Source: Dehalococcoidia bacterium (GTDB lineage Bacteria > Chloroflexota > Dehalococcoidia > UBA2979). From it: a DNA stretch of 64,000 nt. The stretch lies in assembly GCA_965219085.1 (NCBI GenBank), contig OZ244720.1, positions 1,344,001-1,408,000 on the forward strand, read 5' to 3'. The notes beneath the pieces were generated by a model. It was not told where the DNA came from. It searched no databases and saw only the letters and a program-made list of their open reading frames with translations. Below are positions 28,826 through 38,863 of the stretch, piece after piece; within the stretch, counting starts at the first letter, position 1, and each line of letters starts with the position of its first letter. The position numbers and the translations under genes are program-made.

Positions 28826-29520
28826 CCGAGCACCTCGTCGATCTCGCGCAGCGGCTCGTCCGGACTGCGCACCAGCTCGCGCATCGCCGGCTCGGACGCC
28901 TGTCCGATGACCGCGATGATCTCATCGCCCGGCTCCAGCACCGTGTCGCCGTCGGGCACGCGGGACTGGTCGCCGGTCACGACGAGTGAGATCACGGCAT
29001 CGACCGGCAGCTCGAGGTCGCGCAGCGCCACCCCGGCCGCGCGCGAGCGCGGCTGCACGTGGAGATCGACGACCTCGAGGCCCGATGCGCGGAGCTGCAG
29101 CAGCGGGATGAACGAGTGCGCCGGCAGGTCCGCCTCGATCTGCGCGAGCACGGCGGACGCCGCCGATACCGTCGACTCGATGCCGAGCGTCTGGAAGAGG
29201 CGCTCGTTGCGGGGGTTGTTGACCCGCGCGATGGTGCGCGCGATGCCGAAGCGATGCTGCGCAACCTGGCAGGCGATGAGATTGTGCGAGTCGTCCCCGG
29301 TCACGGCGATGACGATGTCCGCGCGCGACACGCCGATGGACTCGAGGAAGGAGACCTCGGTGCCGTCGCCGTGCACGCACAACTCGCCGAGCTCGTCGCG
29401 CAGCATCTCCGCGCGGGCGCGGTCGTTCTCCACGAGCAGGATCTCGTAGTCCGCATGGCTGTAGAGCTCGAGCGCGAGGCCGTACCCGACGTTGCCCGCA
29501 CCGATGATGATGATGTACAT
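28822..29520 (-). CDS. TrkA family RCK protein (RCK_N plus RCK_C)
   Basis: GAGNVG, GDGT, IARVNNP. Confidence 0.9.
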   Translation of the reverse strand: MYIIIIGAGNVGYGLALELYSHADYEILLVENDRARAEMLRDELGELCVHGDGTEVSFLESIGVSRADIVIAVTGDDSHNLIACQVAQHRFGIARTIARVNNPRNERLFQTLGIESTVSAASAVLAQIEADLPAHSFIPLLQLRASGLEVVDLHVQPRSRAAGVALRDLELPVDAVISLVVTGDQSRVPDGDTVLEPGDEIIAVIGQASEPAMRELVRSPDEPLREIDEVLG

Positions 29521-29536
29521 CGCGCCGCCCTCGCCG

Positions 29537-29941
29537 TCAGGCTCTGCCGAGCAGCGCGTTGATCGCGAGGTCGGCGCTGATGCGCGTGGGGCTGAACGTG
29601 CGCAGCCCCAGCGCGCCGAACAGCTCGGCGCGGAGCGGGTCGTAGACCCGCGTCACCACGGTCTGGACGCTGAAGAGGTGCTTCGCCATCTGGCTCGCCA
29701 TGAGGTTGCGGTTGTCGCCCTGCGTGAGCGCGATGAACGCGTCCGCCTCACGCACCCCGGCGGCGACGAGGATGCGGTCGTCCGTGCCCGAGCCGCGGAG
29801 CCGCTCGCCGCCAAAGCCGCCCGGCAGCCGCCGGAACGCCCGCGTATCGAGGTCGATGATCGTGACGTCGTGTCCCTCGGCGTCGAGGCGCCCCGCCACC
29901 GTCGAGCCGACGCGGCCGCAGCCCATGATCACGACCTTCAC
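29537..29941 (-). CDS. TrkA-N (RCK_N only) protein
   Basis: VIMGCGRVG, TQGDNRN, RVYDP. Confidence 0.88.
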   Translation of the reverse strand: MKVVIMGCGRVGSTVAGRLDAEGHDVTIIDLDTRAFRRLPGGFGGERLRGSGTDDRILVAAGVREADAFIALTQGDNRNLMASQMAKHLFSVQTVVTRVYDPLRAELFGALGLRTFSPTRISADLAINALLGRA

Positions 29942-29966
29942 GGCCGCCCCCACGAGTGCGCGCGAC

Positions 29967-30431
29967 TCATCCGGCGACCGCCTGGTCGGCGGGCGAGTAG
30001 CGGAACAGCCACACGTCGCACGGCGCGTTCGCCAGCACGTACTCCGGCAGCCGGCCCAGGCGGAAGCGCCCGTACGGGCGCTCGTAGTCGACACCGACGA
30101 CGATCGCGTCCGTCCCGTCCTCGATCGCCTCGTCGACCACGGCGTGGCCGGCCTGCCTGGCCTGGCACATCGAGGCGTCGACGTTCACCTTGTGGTCGCC
30201 GCCGATGCGTTCGGCCTGCGTGAGGATGTCCTCGCCGCGGTCGAACGCGCCGCGCATGTCGGCGTCGAGCGCGAGCGTGCGCGGAACCTCGATGACGAAG
30301 AGCGCTGCGACGTCCGCGCGGGTGAGTCGGGCGACCTCGCACGTGGCGGCGAGGGCTGCATATGAGGCGTTGGAGCCGTCGACGGGGACCAGGTAACGTC
30401 CTACTTTGCGCAACGGCTCCAGCTTGGCCAT
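29967..30431 (-). CDS. Universal stress protein
   Basis: LVPVDGS...VLANAPCDVW. Confidence 0.9.
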   Translation of the reverse strand: MAKLEPLRKVGRYLVPVDGSNASYAALAATCEVARLTRADVAALFVIEVPRTLALDADMRGAFDRGEDILTQAERIGGDHKVNVDASMCQARQAGHAVVDEAIEDGTDAIVVGVDYERPYGRFRLGRLPEYVLANAPCDVWLFRYSPADQAVAG

Positions 30432-30467
30432 GTCGCACGCAACCTCGTTGTTCCGCGGCCCGGACCG

Positions 30468-30713
30468 CTAACGGGCCTGGGCCAGGCGATACCGTACGAC
30501 GGCAATCGCGAGGAAGAGCACCCCCACGAGCGTCTCGACGGAGACCAGGTTCCCGTCGCTGATGCTCACCGCGAGCACCACCACGCCGATCACCGCCGCC
30601 AGGACGGCCACGAGCAAATGTCGCCGGTCTCTCCTCGCAGTCGTGGTGCTACCTCCGTCGTCGGGGCCGGGCTCGGCCCGGCGCACGGGCATGGATGCTA
30701 GGTCTCGTTCCAT
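30468..30713 (-). CDS. Small 2-TM hypothetical protein
   Basis: Two hydrophobic helices; in line with neighbouring genes. Confidence 0.55.
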   Translation of the reverse strand: MERDLASMPVRRAEPGPDDGGSTTTARRDRRHLLVAVLAAVIGVVVLAVSISDGNLVSVETLVGVLFLAIAVVRYRLAQAR

Positions 30714-30725
30714 CGACTGTCCATC

Positions 30726-31628
30726 CTATCGCCCGCGGCGGGTGAGCCAACCCCGCCGGTAGAGCACCGCGAGCGCCACCACCATGATCGGCACGAGCCA
30801 CCACGAGAACGCGATGATCGCCAGCGCCGCCCTCGCGACGACGTTCAGCGTCGCCAGCGAGGCCTCCCAGCCGTCGCGGGCCGCGTCGAGGAGGCTACCG
30901 TCGTCCGCCTCGCCGTCGGGCGGGCGTGACTGCAGCTCGACATGCAGCGTCGACAGGTCCGCAAGCGACTCGAGCAGCGCGAGGCTGCCCTCGATGCGCG
31001 CGATCTGGCCGCGCGTCTGGGTGAGGCGGTCGTGCACGAGCACGACGTCACCGACCTCCGTCGCGCGACTGAGCAGTTCGAGGTACTGCGACTCGACGGC
31101 GCGGAGGTTGCGCAGGTCGGACTCAAGGTCGGTGACCTCGCCGGTCACGTCCTGTGTGTTCGTCGAGATCGAGAGCACGCGCAGCGCCAGCGACCGCAGG
31201 TCCGCGACGACGCGGTCGTAGCGGTCCGCGGGGATGCGCAGCGTGAGGCTGGCGTACGTGAAGCGCTCCTCGTCGTCCTCGTCTCGGGCGCCCAGGCCGC
31301 CGGAGAACGAGGAGTCGGCGACGTAGCCGCCGTGGGTGGAGGCAAGCGCCTGCGCCGCCTCGAACGCCTGGCCGACGGACTCCACCTGCAGCGCCACGTA
31401 GCCGTTGCGGATGATGGTGCGTCCGAGCACGCTCGCGGAGGAGGCGCCGCCGTCGCCACCGTACGCTTCGCTCTCCTCGGCGTAGTCGGCGGTCGCGGCA
31501 CCCGCCGAGGAGGCCGACGTGGTCTGCGCGTCCTCGTCGGACGCGTCGAAGCCGCCGCTGGAGCAAGCGGCGAGGGCGAGGGTCAGCGCGGCGAGGACCG
31601 CGATTCCGAAGCTCGTGACGTACCGCAC
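30726..31628 (-). CDS. DUF4349-like lipoprotein
   Basis: Lipobox LAAC, LTLRIP, QDVT, coiled coil, C-terminal TM. Confidence 0.82.
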   Translation of the reverse strand: MRYVTSFGIAVLAALTLALAACSSGGFDASDEDAQTTSASSAGAATADYAEESEAYGGDGGASSASVLGRTIIRNGYVALQVESVGQAFEAAQALASTHGGYVADSSFSGGLGARDEDDEERFTYASLTLRIPADRYDRVVADLRSLALRVLSISTNTQDVTGEVTDLESDLRNLRAVESQYLELLSRATEVGDVVLVHDRLTQTRGQIARIEGSLALLESLADLSTLHVELQSRPPDGEADDGSLLDAARDGWEASLATLNVVARAALAIIAFSWWLVPIMVVALAVLYRRGWLTRRGR

Positions 31629-31810
31629 GCCGCACCTCCCACGCGCATCCTCGCGCGTTCCCCATGCACGAGGGTATGCCCACAGTACGTTCCGCGGGCG
31701 CGGATGGTTCCCTCGCGGCCCGTCGAGCCTCCGGCCGGACGCGATACAATGGCTGTGCACAGTTGCGGCGGCGCTCGAAGCGCCGAGCACATACCAGCGT
31801 CGGAGGGGTC

Positions 31811-32734
31811 ATGGCGACCAACGGGAACATCGCGAGCGGCTCGGGCGAACACGGCGAGACGGCGACCTGGCGCGTCAAGGCCGGGTTGGCGCAGATGCTC
31901 AAGGGCGGCGTCATCATGGACGTCGTCACCGTCGAGCACGCGCGCATCGCCGAGGAGGCCGGCGCGGTGGCCGTGATGGCGCTGGAGCGCGTGCCCAGCG
32001 ACATCCGCGCGGCCGGCGGCGTCGCGCGCATGAGCCACGTCGCGCTGATCGAGGAGATCTGCAACGCCGTCACGATCCCCGTCATGGCGAAGGCCCGCAT
32101 CGGCCACTTCGTCGAGGCGCAGATCCTCGAGGCCATCGGCGTCGACTACATCGACGAGTCCGAGGTGCTGACGCCGGCCGACGAGGCGCACCACATCGAC
32201 AAGCACCCGTACCGCGTGCCGTTCGTGTGCGGCTGCCGTGACCTGGGCGAGGCGCTGCGGCGCATCGCGGAGGGCGCGGCGATGATCCGCACCAAGGGCG
32301 AGGCCGGCACCGGCGACATCGTCGAGGCCGTGCGCCACATGCGCGCCGTCCACGACGGCATCCGCCGCATCTGCTCGATGCGCGACGACGAGCTGGCCAC
32401 CTACGCGAAGGAGCTCGGCGCGCCGCTCGGGCTCGTGCGCGAGATCAAGGAGACGGGGCGGCTGCCGGTCGTGAACTTCTCCGCCGGCGGTGTCGCCACG
32501 CCCGCCGACGCGGCGCTGATGATGCAGCTCGGCGCCGACGGCGTGTTCGTCGGTTCCGGCATCTTCAAGTCCGACGAGCCGGCCAAGATGGCGTCCGCCA
32601 TCGTCCGCGCCGTGACGCACTACGAGGACCCGATGGTGCTGGCCGAGGTCTCGCGCGGCATCGGCGAGCCCATGCGCGGCCGCTCGGCCGCGTCGCTGCC
32701 GGCCGAGGAGCAGCTCGCGGCGCGAGGGAACTGA
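31811..32734 (+). CDS. pdxS: Pyridoxal 5'-phosphate synthase lyase subunit
   Basis: [34 protein letters not shown]. Confidence 0.97.
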   Translation: MATNGNIASGSGEHGETATWRVKAGLAQMLKGGVIMDVVTVEHARIAEEAGAVAVMALERVPSDIRAAGGVARMSHVALIEEICNAVTIPVMAKARIGHFVEAQILEAIGVDYIDESEVLTPADEAHHIDKHPYRVPFVCGCRDLGEALRRIAEGAAMIRTKGEAGTGDIVEAVRHMRAVHDGIRRICSMRDDELATYAKELGAPLGLVREIKETGRLPVVNFSAGGVATPADAALMMQLGADGVFVGSGIFKSDEPAKMASAIVRAVTHYEDPMVLAEVSRGIGEPMRGRSAASLPAEEQLAARGN

Positions 32735-32777
32735 GGGCGCTCACCCTGCCACGCGCTACCACGCCGCCGGGAGCACC

Positions 32778-33401
32778 GTGACCACCGCGCCGGGACGCGC
32801 GAGCGTCGCGCCGCGCATCGGCGTGCTCGCGCTGCAGGGCGACGTGCGTGAGCACATGGAGGCGCTGGCCACGCTCGGCATCGAGGGCGCGGAGGTGCGC
32901 ACGCTCGCGCAGCTCGACGCCGTCGACGGACTCATCATCCCCGGCGGCGAGAGCACGACCATCGCGCGGCTGCTCCTCACGTTCGAGATGCACGAGCCGC
33001 TGCGGGCGCGCATCGCGGCGGGCATGCCGGTGTGGGGCACCTGCGCCGGCGCGATCCTGCTCGCCGAGCGCGCAGACCTCGACCGCCCGACCCTCGGCCT
33101 GATGGACATGCTCGCCGAGCGCAACGCCTACGGCCGCCAGGTCGACTCGTTCGAGGCCGACCTCGCCATCGCCGGGCTCGACGGCGGACCGCTGCGGGCG
33201 GTGTTCATCCGTGCGCCGCGGCTGGCCGAGCCCGGCCCGGGCGTCGAGGTGCTGGCGCAACTCGAAGAGGACTCGATCGCCGCGTGCCGGCAAGGGCATA
33301 TGCTGGCGACGGCGTTCCACCCGGAGCTCACCACGGACAGCCGCCTGCACGCGTACTTCCTCGCCATGACCGAGGAGGCGCTCACGGCGACGAGGGCGTA
33401 G
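32778..33401 (+). CDS. pdxT: PLP synthase glutaminase subunit
   Basis: GVLALQG, PGGESTT, GTCAG, FHPE. Confidence 0.97.
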   Translation: MTTAPGRASVAPRIGVLALQGDVREHMEALATLGIEGAEVRTLAQLDAVDGLIIPGGESTTIARLLLTFEMHEPLRARIAAGMPVWGTCAGAILLAERADLDRPTLGLMDMLAERNAYGRQVDSFEADLAIAGLDGGPLRAVFIRAPRLAEPGPGVEVLAQLEEDSIAACRQGHMLATAFHPELTTDSRLHAYFLAMTEEALTATRA

Positions 33402-33403
33402 CC

Positions 33404-34339
33404 ATGATCGGCCCCAGCGACCTCATCGCATTCGTCACGTTCGACGGGCACGTCTACGCCAACCAGGCCGTGACCCGCGAGCGGCTGGGCCAGCCGCCCG
33501 AGGCCGCACACGCGCTCAAGGCCGCGCTCGCGCACTGGCTGCGACGCCGCCACGTGTGGCTGGAGGTCGAGGGCCGCCACATCCAGGGCATCGCGACGGC
33601 GCGTCCGCTGTCGGCGCCAACCGCGTGGGAGATCGACACGCTGGTCGACGCGGGTGACCCCGGCGCCGAGGCGACCGTGGTGTGCTCGCTGCTGCAGCAG
33701 GCGCAGGAGGACGCGCTGCGCGACGAGGTGACGCACCTGCTTGTACGGCTGCGGACGAACGCCCCCGCCGTCGTGGGCGCGCTACGCGCAGGCTTCACGC
33801 AGGCCCTGGGCGAGCAGCTCTGGCGCGCCCCCGTCCTCCGGGGCCTCGCCGCGCCCGCCCGCTCGATCACCGTCGAGGGGGCAACCGACGCCGACGACCA
33901 CGACCTGTTCCTGCTCTACTGCCGCGCAGTCCCGGTCACTGCCCGCAGCGCGATCGCGATGACGCAGCAGGAGTGGCTCGCCACGCGCGAGGAACACTGG
34001 GTCGGCCGCCGCTCGCTCTCGCTCGTCGCGCGGTCCGGTGGCCAGATAGCGGGCATGGCTCAGCTCTCGACGTCGCACGGAGTCACACACATCGATCTGC
34101 TGGTCGCGCCCGACGTGGCCGGCGTCGCGGGCGCCCTGGTGGCGGCCACCGCGCCGCGCTGTCCGAGCGGTCAGCCGGTGCTCGCGCTCACGCCGGCCGT
34201 CGCCGGCCTCGCCGCCGGCGAGCTGCGCGCGACCGGGTTCGAGCCGGACGAAGAGTACGTCGTGCTCAGCAAGCGCATCGCCCGCCCCGTCGAGGAGACC
34301 GTGACGGTGAGCCCGGGCGTCGCGGTGCCGGGAGGGTAG
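33404..34339 (+). CDS. Hypothetical protein, possible tandem GNAT fold
   Basis: Two halves each ending in a GF motif; operonic position. Confidence 0.6.
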   Translation: MIGPSDLIAFVTFDGHVYANQAVTRERLGQPPEAAHALKAALAHWLRRRHVWLEVEGRHIQGIATARPLSAPTAWEIDTLVDAGDPGAEATVVCSLLQQAQEDALRDEVTHLLVRLRTNAPAVVGALRAGFTQALGEQLWRAPVLRGLAAPARSITVEGATDADDHDLFLLYCRAVPVTARSAIAMTQQEWLATREEHWVGRRSLSLVARSGGQIAGMAQLSTSHGVTHIDLLVAPDVAGVAGALVAATAPRCPSGQPVLALTPAVAGLAAGELRATGFEPDEEYVVLSKRIARPVEETVTVSPGVAVPGG

Positions 34340-34343
34340 CCCG

Positions 34344-36014
34344 GTGGCGATTGAACACGTGACGGCCCCGGGCGAGGACGTCCTCGCCGACCTGCGCGAA
34401 ATCGAGCTGCTCTTCGAGACGCTCCCGGTGCGCGTCGCCGAAGCGCTCAGCGAGTCGCCCTCGGACGACCTGCTCGAGGTCGTGCTCGACCTCGGCCGCC
34501 AGCCGACGGCGCGCCACGCCGACCGCGAGATCGTGCTCAGCGAGGACGAGGTGACCGCGCAGGACCTCGACCACGTGGTGGCGGCGATCTCGGAGTTCGC
34601 CGACGACAACCGCGCCGGCATCCCGCGCACGCTCCACCGCATCTCCGCGATCCGTAACCGCCGAGGCCGCATCGTGGGGCTCACGTGCCGGGTCGGCCGC
34701 AGCGTGACCGGCTCCGCCGGAGCCATCCGCGACCTGTTCGAGGCGGGGCGCAGCGTCCTGCTCCTGGGCGCGCCGGGCGTCGGCAAGACGACGATGCTGC
34801 GCGAGGCGGCGCGCGTACTCGCCGACGACCTCAACCGGCGCGTGGTCATCGTCGACACGTCGAACGAGATCGGCGGCGACGGCGACATCCCGCACCACGC
34901 CGTGGGCCGTGCCCGCCGCATGCAGGTGCCGCACCCCGAGCTGCAGCACCAGCTCATGATCGAGGCGGTCGAGAACCACATGCCCGAGGTGATCGTGATC
35001 GACGAGATCGGCACTGCCCTCGAGGCGACGGCAGCGCGCACCATCGCCGAGCGCGGCGTGCAGCTGATCGGCACGGCGCACGGCAACACGCTGCACAACC
35101 TCATGCAGAACCCGACGCTCTCCGACCTCATCGGCGGGATCGAGTCGGTCACCCTCGGCGACGAGGAGGCGCGGCGGCGCGGCACGCAGAAAACGGTGCT
35201 CGAACGCCGCGCGCCGCCGACGTTCGAGTCGCTCGTCGAGATCCAGTCGTTCGACCGCGTGGCGGTGCACGAGGACATCGGCGGCACCGTCGACAAGCTG
35301 CTGCGCGGCTTCGACGCCGAGGCCGAGGTGCGCACGATCAGCCCCGGCGGCGAGGTATCGGCAGCCACACGCGTGCCGGTGCCCTCGGGCCCCTCGGAGG
35401 CGGCTGCGGCTCTGCGGGAGCGCGAGTCGATCATGGAACCGCTGCCGCCCGCTCCCGGCGGCCCGCTGCGTCGCATCCTCCCGTTCGGCGTGAGCCGGTC
35501 GCGGCTGGAGCAGGCGATCCACGAGACGCGCTCGGACGCCGAGGTGGTCGATCGCGTCGGCGACGCAGACGCGGTGATGACGCTGCGTCCGTACTACCGG
35601 CGTCGCAGCGGCCCGCTGCGGGAAGCGGCCTCGCGCGGCATCCCCGTCTACGTGCTGCGCAACAACACGATCAGCCAGATGGAGCAGTCGCTGATGCGCA
35701 TGCGCGGCGACGGCAACGAGCCCGACCCCACCACCTCGGCGCTGCGAGAGGCCGAGGACGCCATCGCGGCGGTCAACCTGCGCGGCGAGAGCAGCATCGA
35801 GCTGTCACCGCAGAACGCGTACATCCGCCGGCTCCAGCACGAGCTGGCCTCCCGCCACGGCGCGACCTCGGTCTCGCGCGGGCGCGAGCCGTATCGCCGC
35901 GTGATGCTCACGGCAGGTGACGGCGAGCTGCGCGGTGCCCGTGCGGTGCCCGCCCTCGGCGACGCACTCGAGGCTCTACCAGGAGGCGGGGATACCCCGC
36001 CGGGCTACGAGTAG
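34344..36014 (+). CDS. Ycf45/SpoIIIAA-like AAA ATPase with R3H domain
   Basis: GAPGVGKTT, DTSNEIGGDG, IDEIG, GTAHG; RRLQH R3H motif. Confidence 0.9.
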   Translation: MAIEHVTAPGEDVLADLREIELLFETLPVRVAEALSESPSDDLLEVVLDLGRQPTARHADREIVLSEDEVTAQDLDHVVAAISEFADDNRAGIPRTLHRISAIRNRRGRIVGLTCRVGRSVTGSAGAIRDLFEAGRSVLLLGAPGVGKTTMLREAARVLADDLNRRVVIVDTSNEIGGDGDIPHHAVGRARRMQVPHPELQHQLMIEAVENHMPEVIVIDEIGTALEATAARTIAERGVQLIGTAHGNTLHNLMQNPTLSDLIGGIESVTLGDEEARRRGTQKTVLERRAPPTFESLVEIQSFDRVAVHEDIGGTVDKLLRGFDAEAEVRTISPGGEVSAATRVPVPSGPSEAAAALRERESIMEPLPPAPGGPLRRILPFGVSRSRLEQAIHETRSDAEVVDRVGDADAVMTLRPYYRRRSGPLREAASRGIPVYVLRNNTISQMEQSLMRMRGDGNEPDPTTSALREAEDAIAAVNLRGESSIELSPQNAYIRRLQHELASRHGATSVSRGREPYRRVMLTAGDGELRGARAVPALGDALEALPGGGDTPPGYE

Positions 36015-36019
36015 CGTCG

Positions 36020-36646
36020 GTGGCCGCCTGCGACGGCTGCTTCGTCACCATCGAGGGCGGCGAAGGCGCCGGAAAGTCGACCCTCCTCGACGCGCTCGCC
36101 GAGCGCGCCCGCACCGAGGGTTTCGAGGTGGTGACGTGCCGCGAGCCCGGCGGCACCGCGCTCGGTGAGCGGCTCCGCGCCGCGCTCCTCGGCAGCGACG
36201 GACCCGCGCCCGACGCGCGCGCCGAACTGCTCGTCTTCGCGGCTGCGCGCGCGCAGCTCGTAGCCGAGGTGATCCGCCCCGCCCTGAAGCGCGGCGCGCT
36301 CGTGCTCTGCGACCGCTACGCCGACTCGACGCTCGCGTACCAGCACCACGGCCGCGAGCTGCCTCGTGACACCGTCGACGCCGTGAACGCGGCTGCGACC
36401 GGCGGCCTCACGCCAGACCTCACGTTGCTCCTCGACCTGCCTCCGGCCGAGGGGCTGCGCCGTACGGGCCGCGCCGGCGACTACATGGAGCGCGAGGAGC
36501 TGGCGTTCCACGAGCGTGTGCGCGCGGGCTACGAGGTGCTGGCGCGCACGGAGCCAGAGCGCTGGCGCGTCCTCGATGCGAGTCGGGCGGCTGCTGCGCT
36601 AGCCGACGAGGCGTGGGGTGAGGTCGGGCGCGTGACTCAAAGCTGA
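36020..36646 (+). CDS. tmk: Thymidylate kinase
   Basis: IEGGEGAGKST, REPGG, DRYADS..AYQ. Confidence 0.95.
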   Translation: MAACDGCFVTIEGGEGAGKSTLLDALAERARTEGFEVVTCREPGGTALGERLRAALLGSDGPAPDARAELLVFAAARAQLVAEVIRPALKRGALVLCDRYADSTLAYQHHGRELPRDTVDAVNAAATGGLTPDLTLLLDLPPAEGLRRTGRAGDYMEREELAFHERVRAGYEVLARTEPERWRVLDASRAAAALADEAWGEVGRVTQS

Positions 36647-36836
36647 GGCTGCCTCACGGCAGCCGCGCGCCCTCTCGCCGAAGCGCACAGGGGGTGTCCC
36701 CGCGATCGTACGCCCCGGAACTCGCCCGACGCCACAGTCGTCCCTCGTCTGCAACAACCGGCGTCGTGTACCGCTGCCGCGAGACTTGTGCGGCACGTCA
36801 CAACCGACCCGCAGCCGCTCCCACGGAGGGTCGTCG

Positions 36837-37355
36837 ATGAGCGAGCCGGAACTGCCGGAGGGGTGGCCGCAGGCGTTCGATGAGGAGGCGCGTGACTACC
36901 TGTACATGGAGGCCAGCACGCGCCTGCGCGAAGTCATCGAATTCGGAAACCAACAACTCGATAAGGGGCTCGCCCTGCTCAGGCTTTCCCTTCTGGTGAT
37001 CGCTGCCGGAGGGATCTTCGGAGACCTGTACCTCGGATTCAGCTTGCTGGGCGTACTCTCAGGACTAGCCGTTGGCGCAGCCCTCGTGGTGGGCGGAATG
37101 GGGCTTCTTCTGCTCTATCCAAGGGACTGGGAAACGGGGGCTAATGTCGACTGGCTCGCCCGCTGGCGAGGGGCGGACACCCGAGCGATGAGAGATTCAG
37201 TGCTCGAAACCATGGTCAGAGGGTTCCGGACCAACCGCAGGATCACTGAACAGCGCGGGAGAATCCTCGTGTTGCTCGTCCCTGCAGTGATGGTTCAGAC
37301 CGTGCTCGTGGTGCTCGTGCAGATCGTGTCGGTACTCGAAGTGTCGGCCAGCTAG
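36837..37355 (+). CDS. 3-TM membrane protein, Pycsar-effector/SLATT-like topology
   Basis: GGAGG RBS; helix ending QQLDKG, then two TM, loop, N..R, third TM; atypical codon usage. Confidence 0.6.
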   Translation: MSEPELPEGWPQAFDEEARDYLYMEASTRLREVIEFGNQQLDKGLALLRLSLLVIAAGGIFGDLYLGFSLLGVLSGLAVGAALVVGGMGLLLLYPRDWETGANVDWLARWRGADTRAMRDSVLETMVRGFRTNRRITEQRGRILVLLVPAVMVQTVLVVLVQIVSVLEVSAS

Positions 37356-37492
37356 CGGCCCCACTTCTCTATTCGGATGGGGGATCCGGGCGGGCGAGGG
37401 GGCGAAGAAGGCCTCGCGGCACCAGCTGACTCACCCCCGGTCTTGGCTCGCCGCGATGGCCCGACGCAGCTTCCGTGATTCGCCCTACCCAC
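37352..37492 (-). CDS. Pro-rich microprotein 2 (46 aa, ends PSSPPRPPGSPIRIEKWGR)
   Basis: GAGGT RBS then GTG; C-terminus paralogous to 37536-37673 with synonymous divergence. Confidence 0.65.
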   Translation of the reverse strand: MGRANHGSCVGPSRRAKTGGESAGAARPSSPPRPPGSPIRIEKWGR

Positions 37493-37535
37493 GGAAGAAC
37501 CTCGCATCCGCGCACGCCAGCACATGTAACCGCAG

Positions 37536-37673
37536 TTAGCGGCCCCACTTCTCGATGGTGCTCGGCGAGCCCGGCGGCCGTGGCGGATCCGACGGCTTGC
37601 CGTCGTGCTTCGGCGTATCGCCAGCCGCGCCACCTTGTGGCGCGGACCCTGCGTCGGCCTTGCCTCCGGCCAT
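37536..37673 (-). CDS. Pro-rich microprotein 1 (45 aa, ends PSDPPRPPGSPSTIEKWGR)
   Basis: GAAGGG RBS then ATG just after the thiolase stop; paralog downstream. Confidence 0.7.
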   Translation of the reverse strand: MAGGKADAGSAPQGGAAGDTPKHDGKPSDPPRPPGSPSTIEKWGR

Positions 37674-37687
37674 CGGTTGGCCCTTCG

Positions 37688-38863
37688 CTAGTTGATGCGC
37701 TCGAAGATCGAGGCGATGCCCTGGCCGCCGCCGATGCACAGCGACACCATCGCGTACCGACCGTCAATGCGCTCGAGCTCGTACATGGCCTTCACCGTGA
37801 GGATCGTGCCGCTCGCGCCCACCGGGTGACCGAGCGCGATCGCGCCGCCGTTCGGGTTGGTCTTCTCCACGGGCAGGTCGAGCGCCGCGCTGCACGCCGC
37901 CGACACCGAGGCGAACGCCTCGTTCAGCTCGATCGTGTCCATGTCGCCCACGGTCAGACCGGCCTTCTCGAGCGCGCTCTGCATCGCCGGGATGGGCCCG
38001 GAGCCCATGATCCGCGGCTCGACGCCCGCCTGCGCGCGAGCGACGAGGCGGAACTTCGGCGTCATGCCCAGCTCGGCGGCCTTGCTCGCCGTGGTCACGA
38101 CCACCGCGGCTGCGCCGTCGTTGATGCCCGAGGAGTTCCCGGCCGTCACCTGGCCGTCCGGCTTGAAGGCCGGGCGCAGCCGCCCGAGCGACTCCATGTC
38201 CGTCCGGCGTGGGTGCTCGTCGGTGTCGAACGTCGCGGTCCTGCGGCCCTGGCGGACCTCCATCGGGAGGATCTGGTCCTTGAAGTACCCCGCCTCGATA
38301 GCCGCGAGCGCGCGCTCCTGGGAGCGCACCGAAACCTCGTCCTGGGTCTCACGCGAGACCTCGAACTGCTCGGCGAGGTTCTCGGCCGTGACGCCCATGT
38401 GACAGGACTCGTACGGGTCCGAGATGAGGTGCAGCAGGTTGTCCTCAAGCGCGTCGTGGCCGAGGCGGTAACCCGCGCGGCCCTTGCGCAGCAGGTAGGG
38501 CTGCATCGTCATGTTCTCGGCGCCGCCGGCGACGATGATGTCGGCGTCGCCGGTCTGCAGCCAGCGGGCGGCGCTGTTGATCGCCTCGAGGCCCGAGCCG
38601 CAGATGCGGTTCACCGTGTAGGCCGCGGTGCCGACCGGCAGGCCGGCCTTCAGCGTGGCGACGCGGGCGATGTAGCCGTCCTCGGCCACCTGCCCGACGC
38701 AACCGAGGATGACCTGGTCGATCTGTTCGCCCTCAAGGCCGGCGCGTTCTACCGACTCGCGGATGACAGCCGCCCCGAGGTCGGAGGCAGGCGTCTGGCT
38801 GAACGAGCCGTTCATCGTGCCGATCGCGGTGCGCACGCCGCTGAGCAGGACAATGTCTTCCAT
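37688..38863 (-). CDS. Acetyl-CoA acyltransferase (thiolase)
   Basis: NRICGSG, NEAF, GGAIALGHP, CIGGGQG. Confidence 0.95.
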   Translation of the reverse strand: MEDIVLLSGVRTAIGTMNGSFSQTPASDLGAAVIRESVERAGLEGEQIDQVILGCVGQVAEDGYIARVATLKAGLPVGTAAYTVNRICGSGLEAINSAARWLQTGDADIIVAGGAENMTMQPYLLRKGRAGYRLGHDALEDNLLHLISDPYESCHMGVTAENLAEQFEVSRETQDEVSVRSQERALAAIEAGYFKDQILPMEVRQGRRTATFDTDEHPRRTDMESLGRLRPAFKPDGQVTAGNSSGINDGAAAVVVTTASKAAELGMTPKFRLVARAQAGVEPRIMGSGPIPAMQSALEKAGLTVGDMDTIELNEAFASVSAACSAALDLPVEKTNPNGGAIALGHPVGASGTILTVKAMYELERIDGRYAMVSLCIGGGQGIASIFERIN

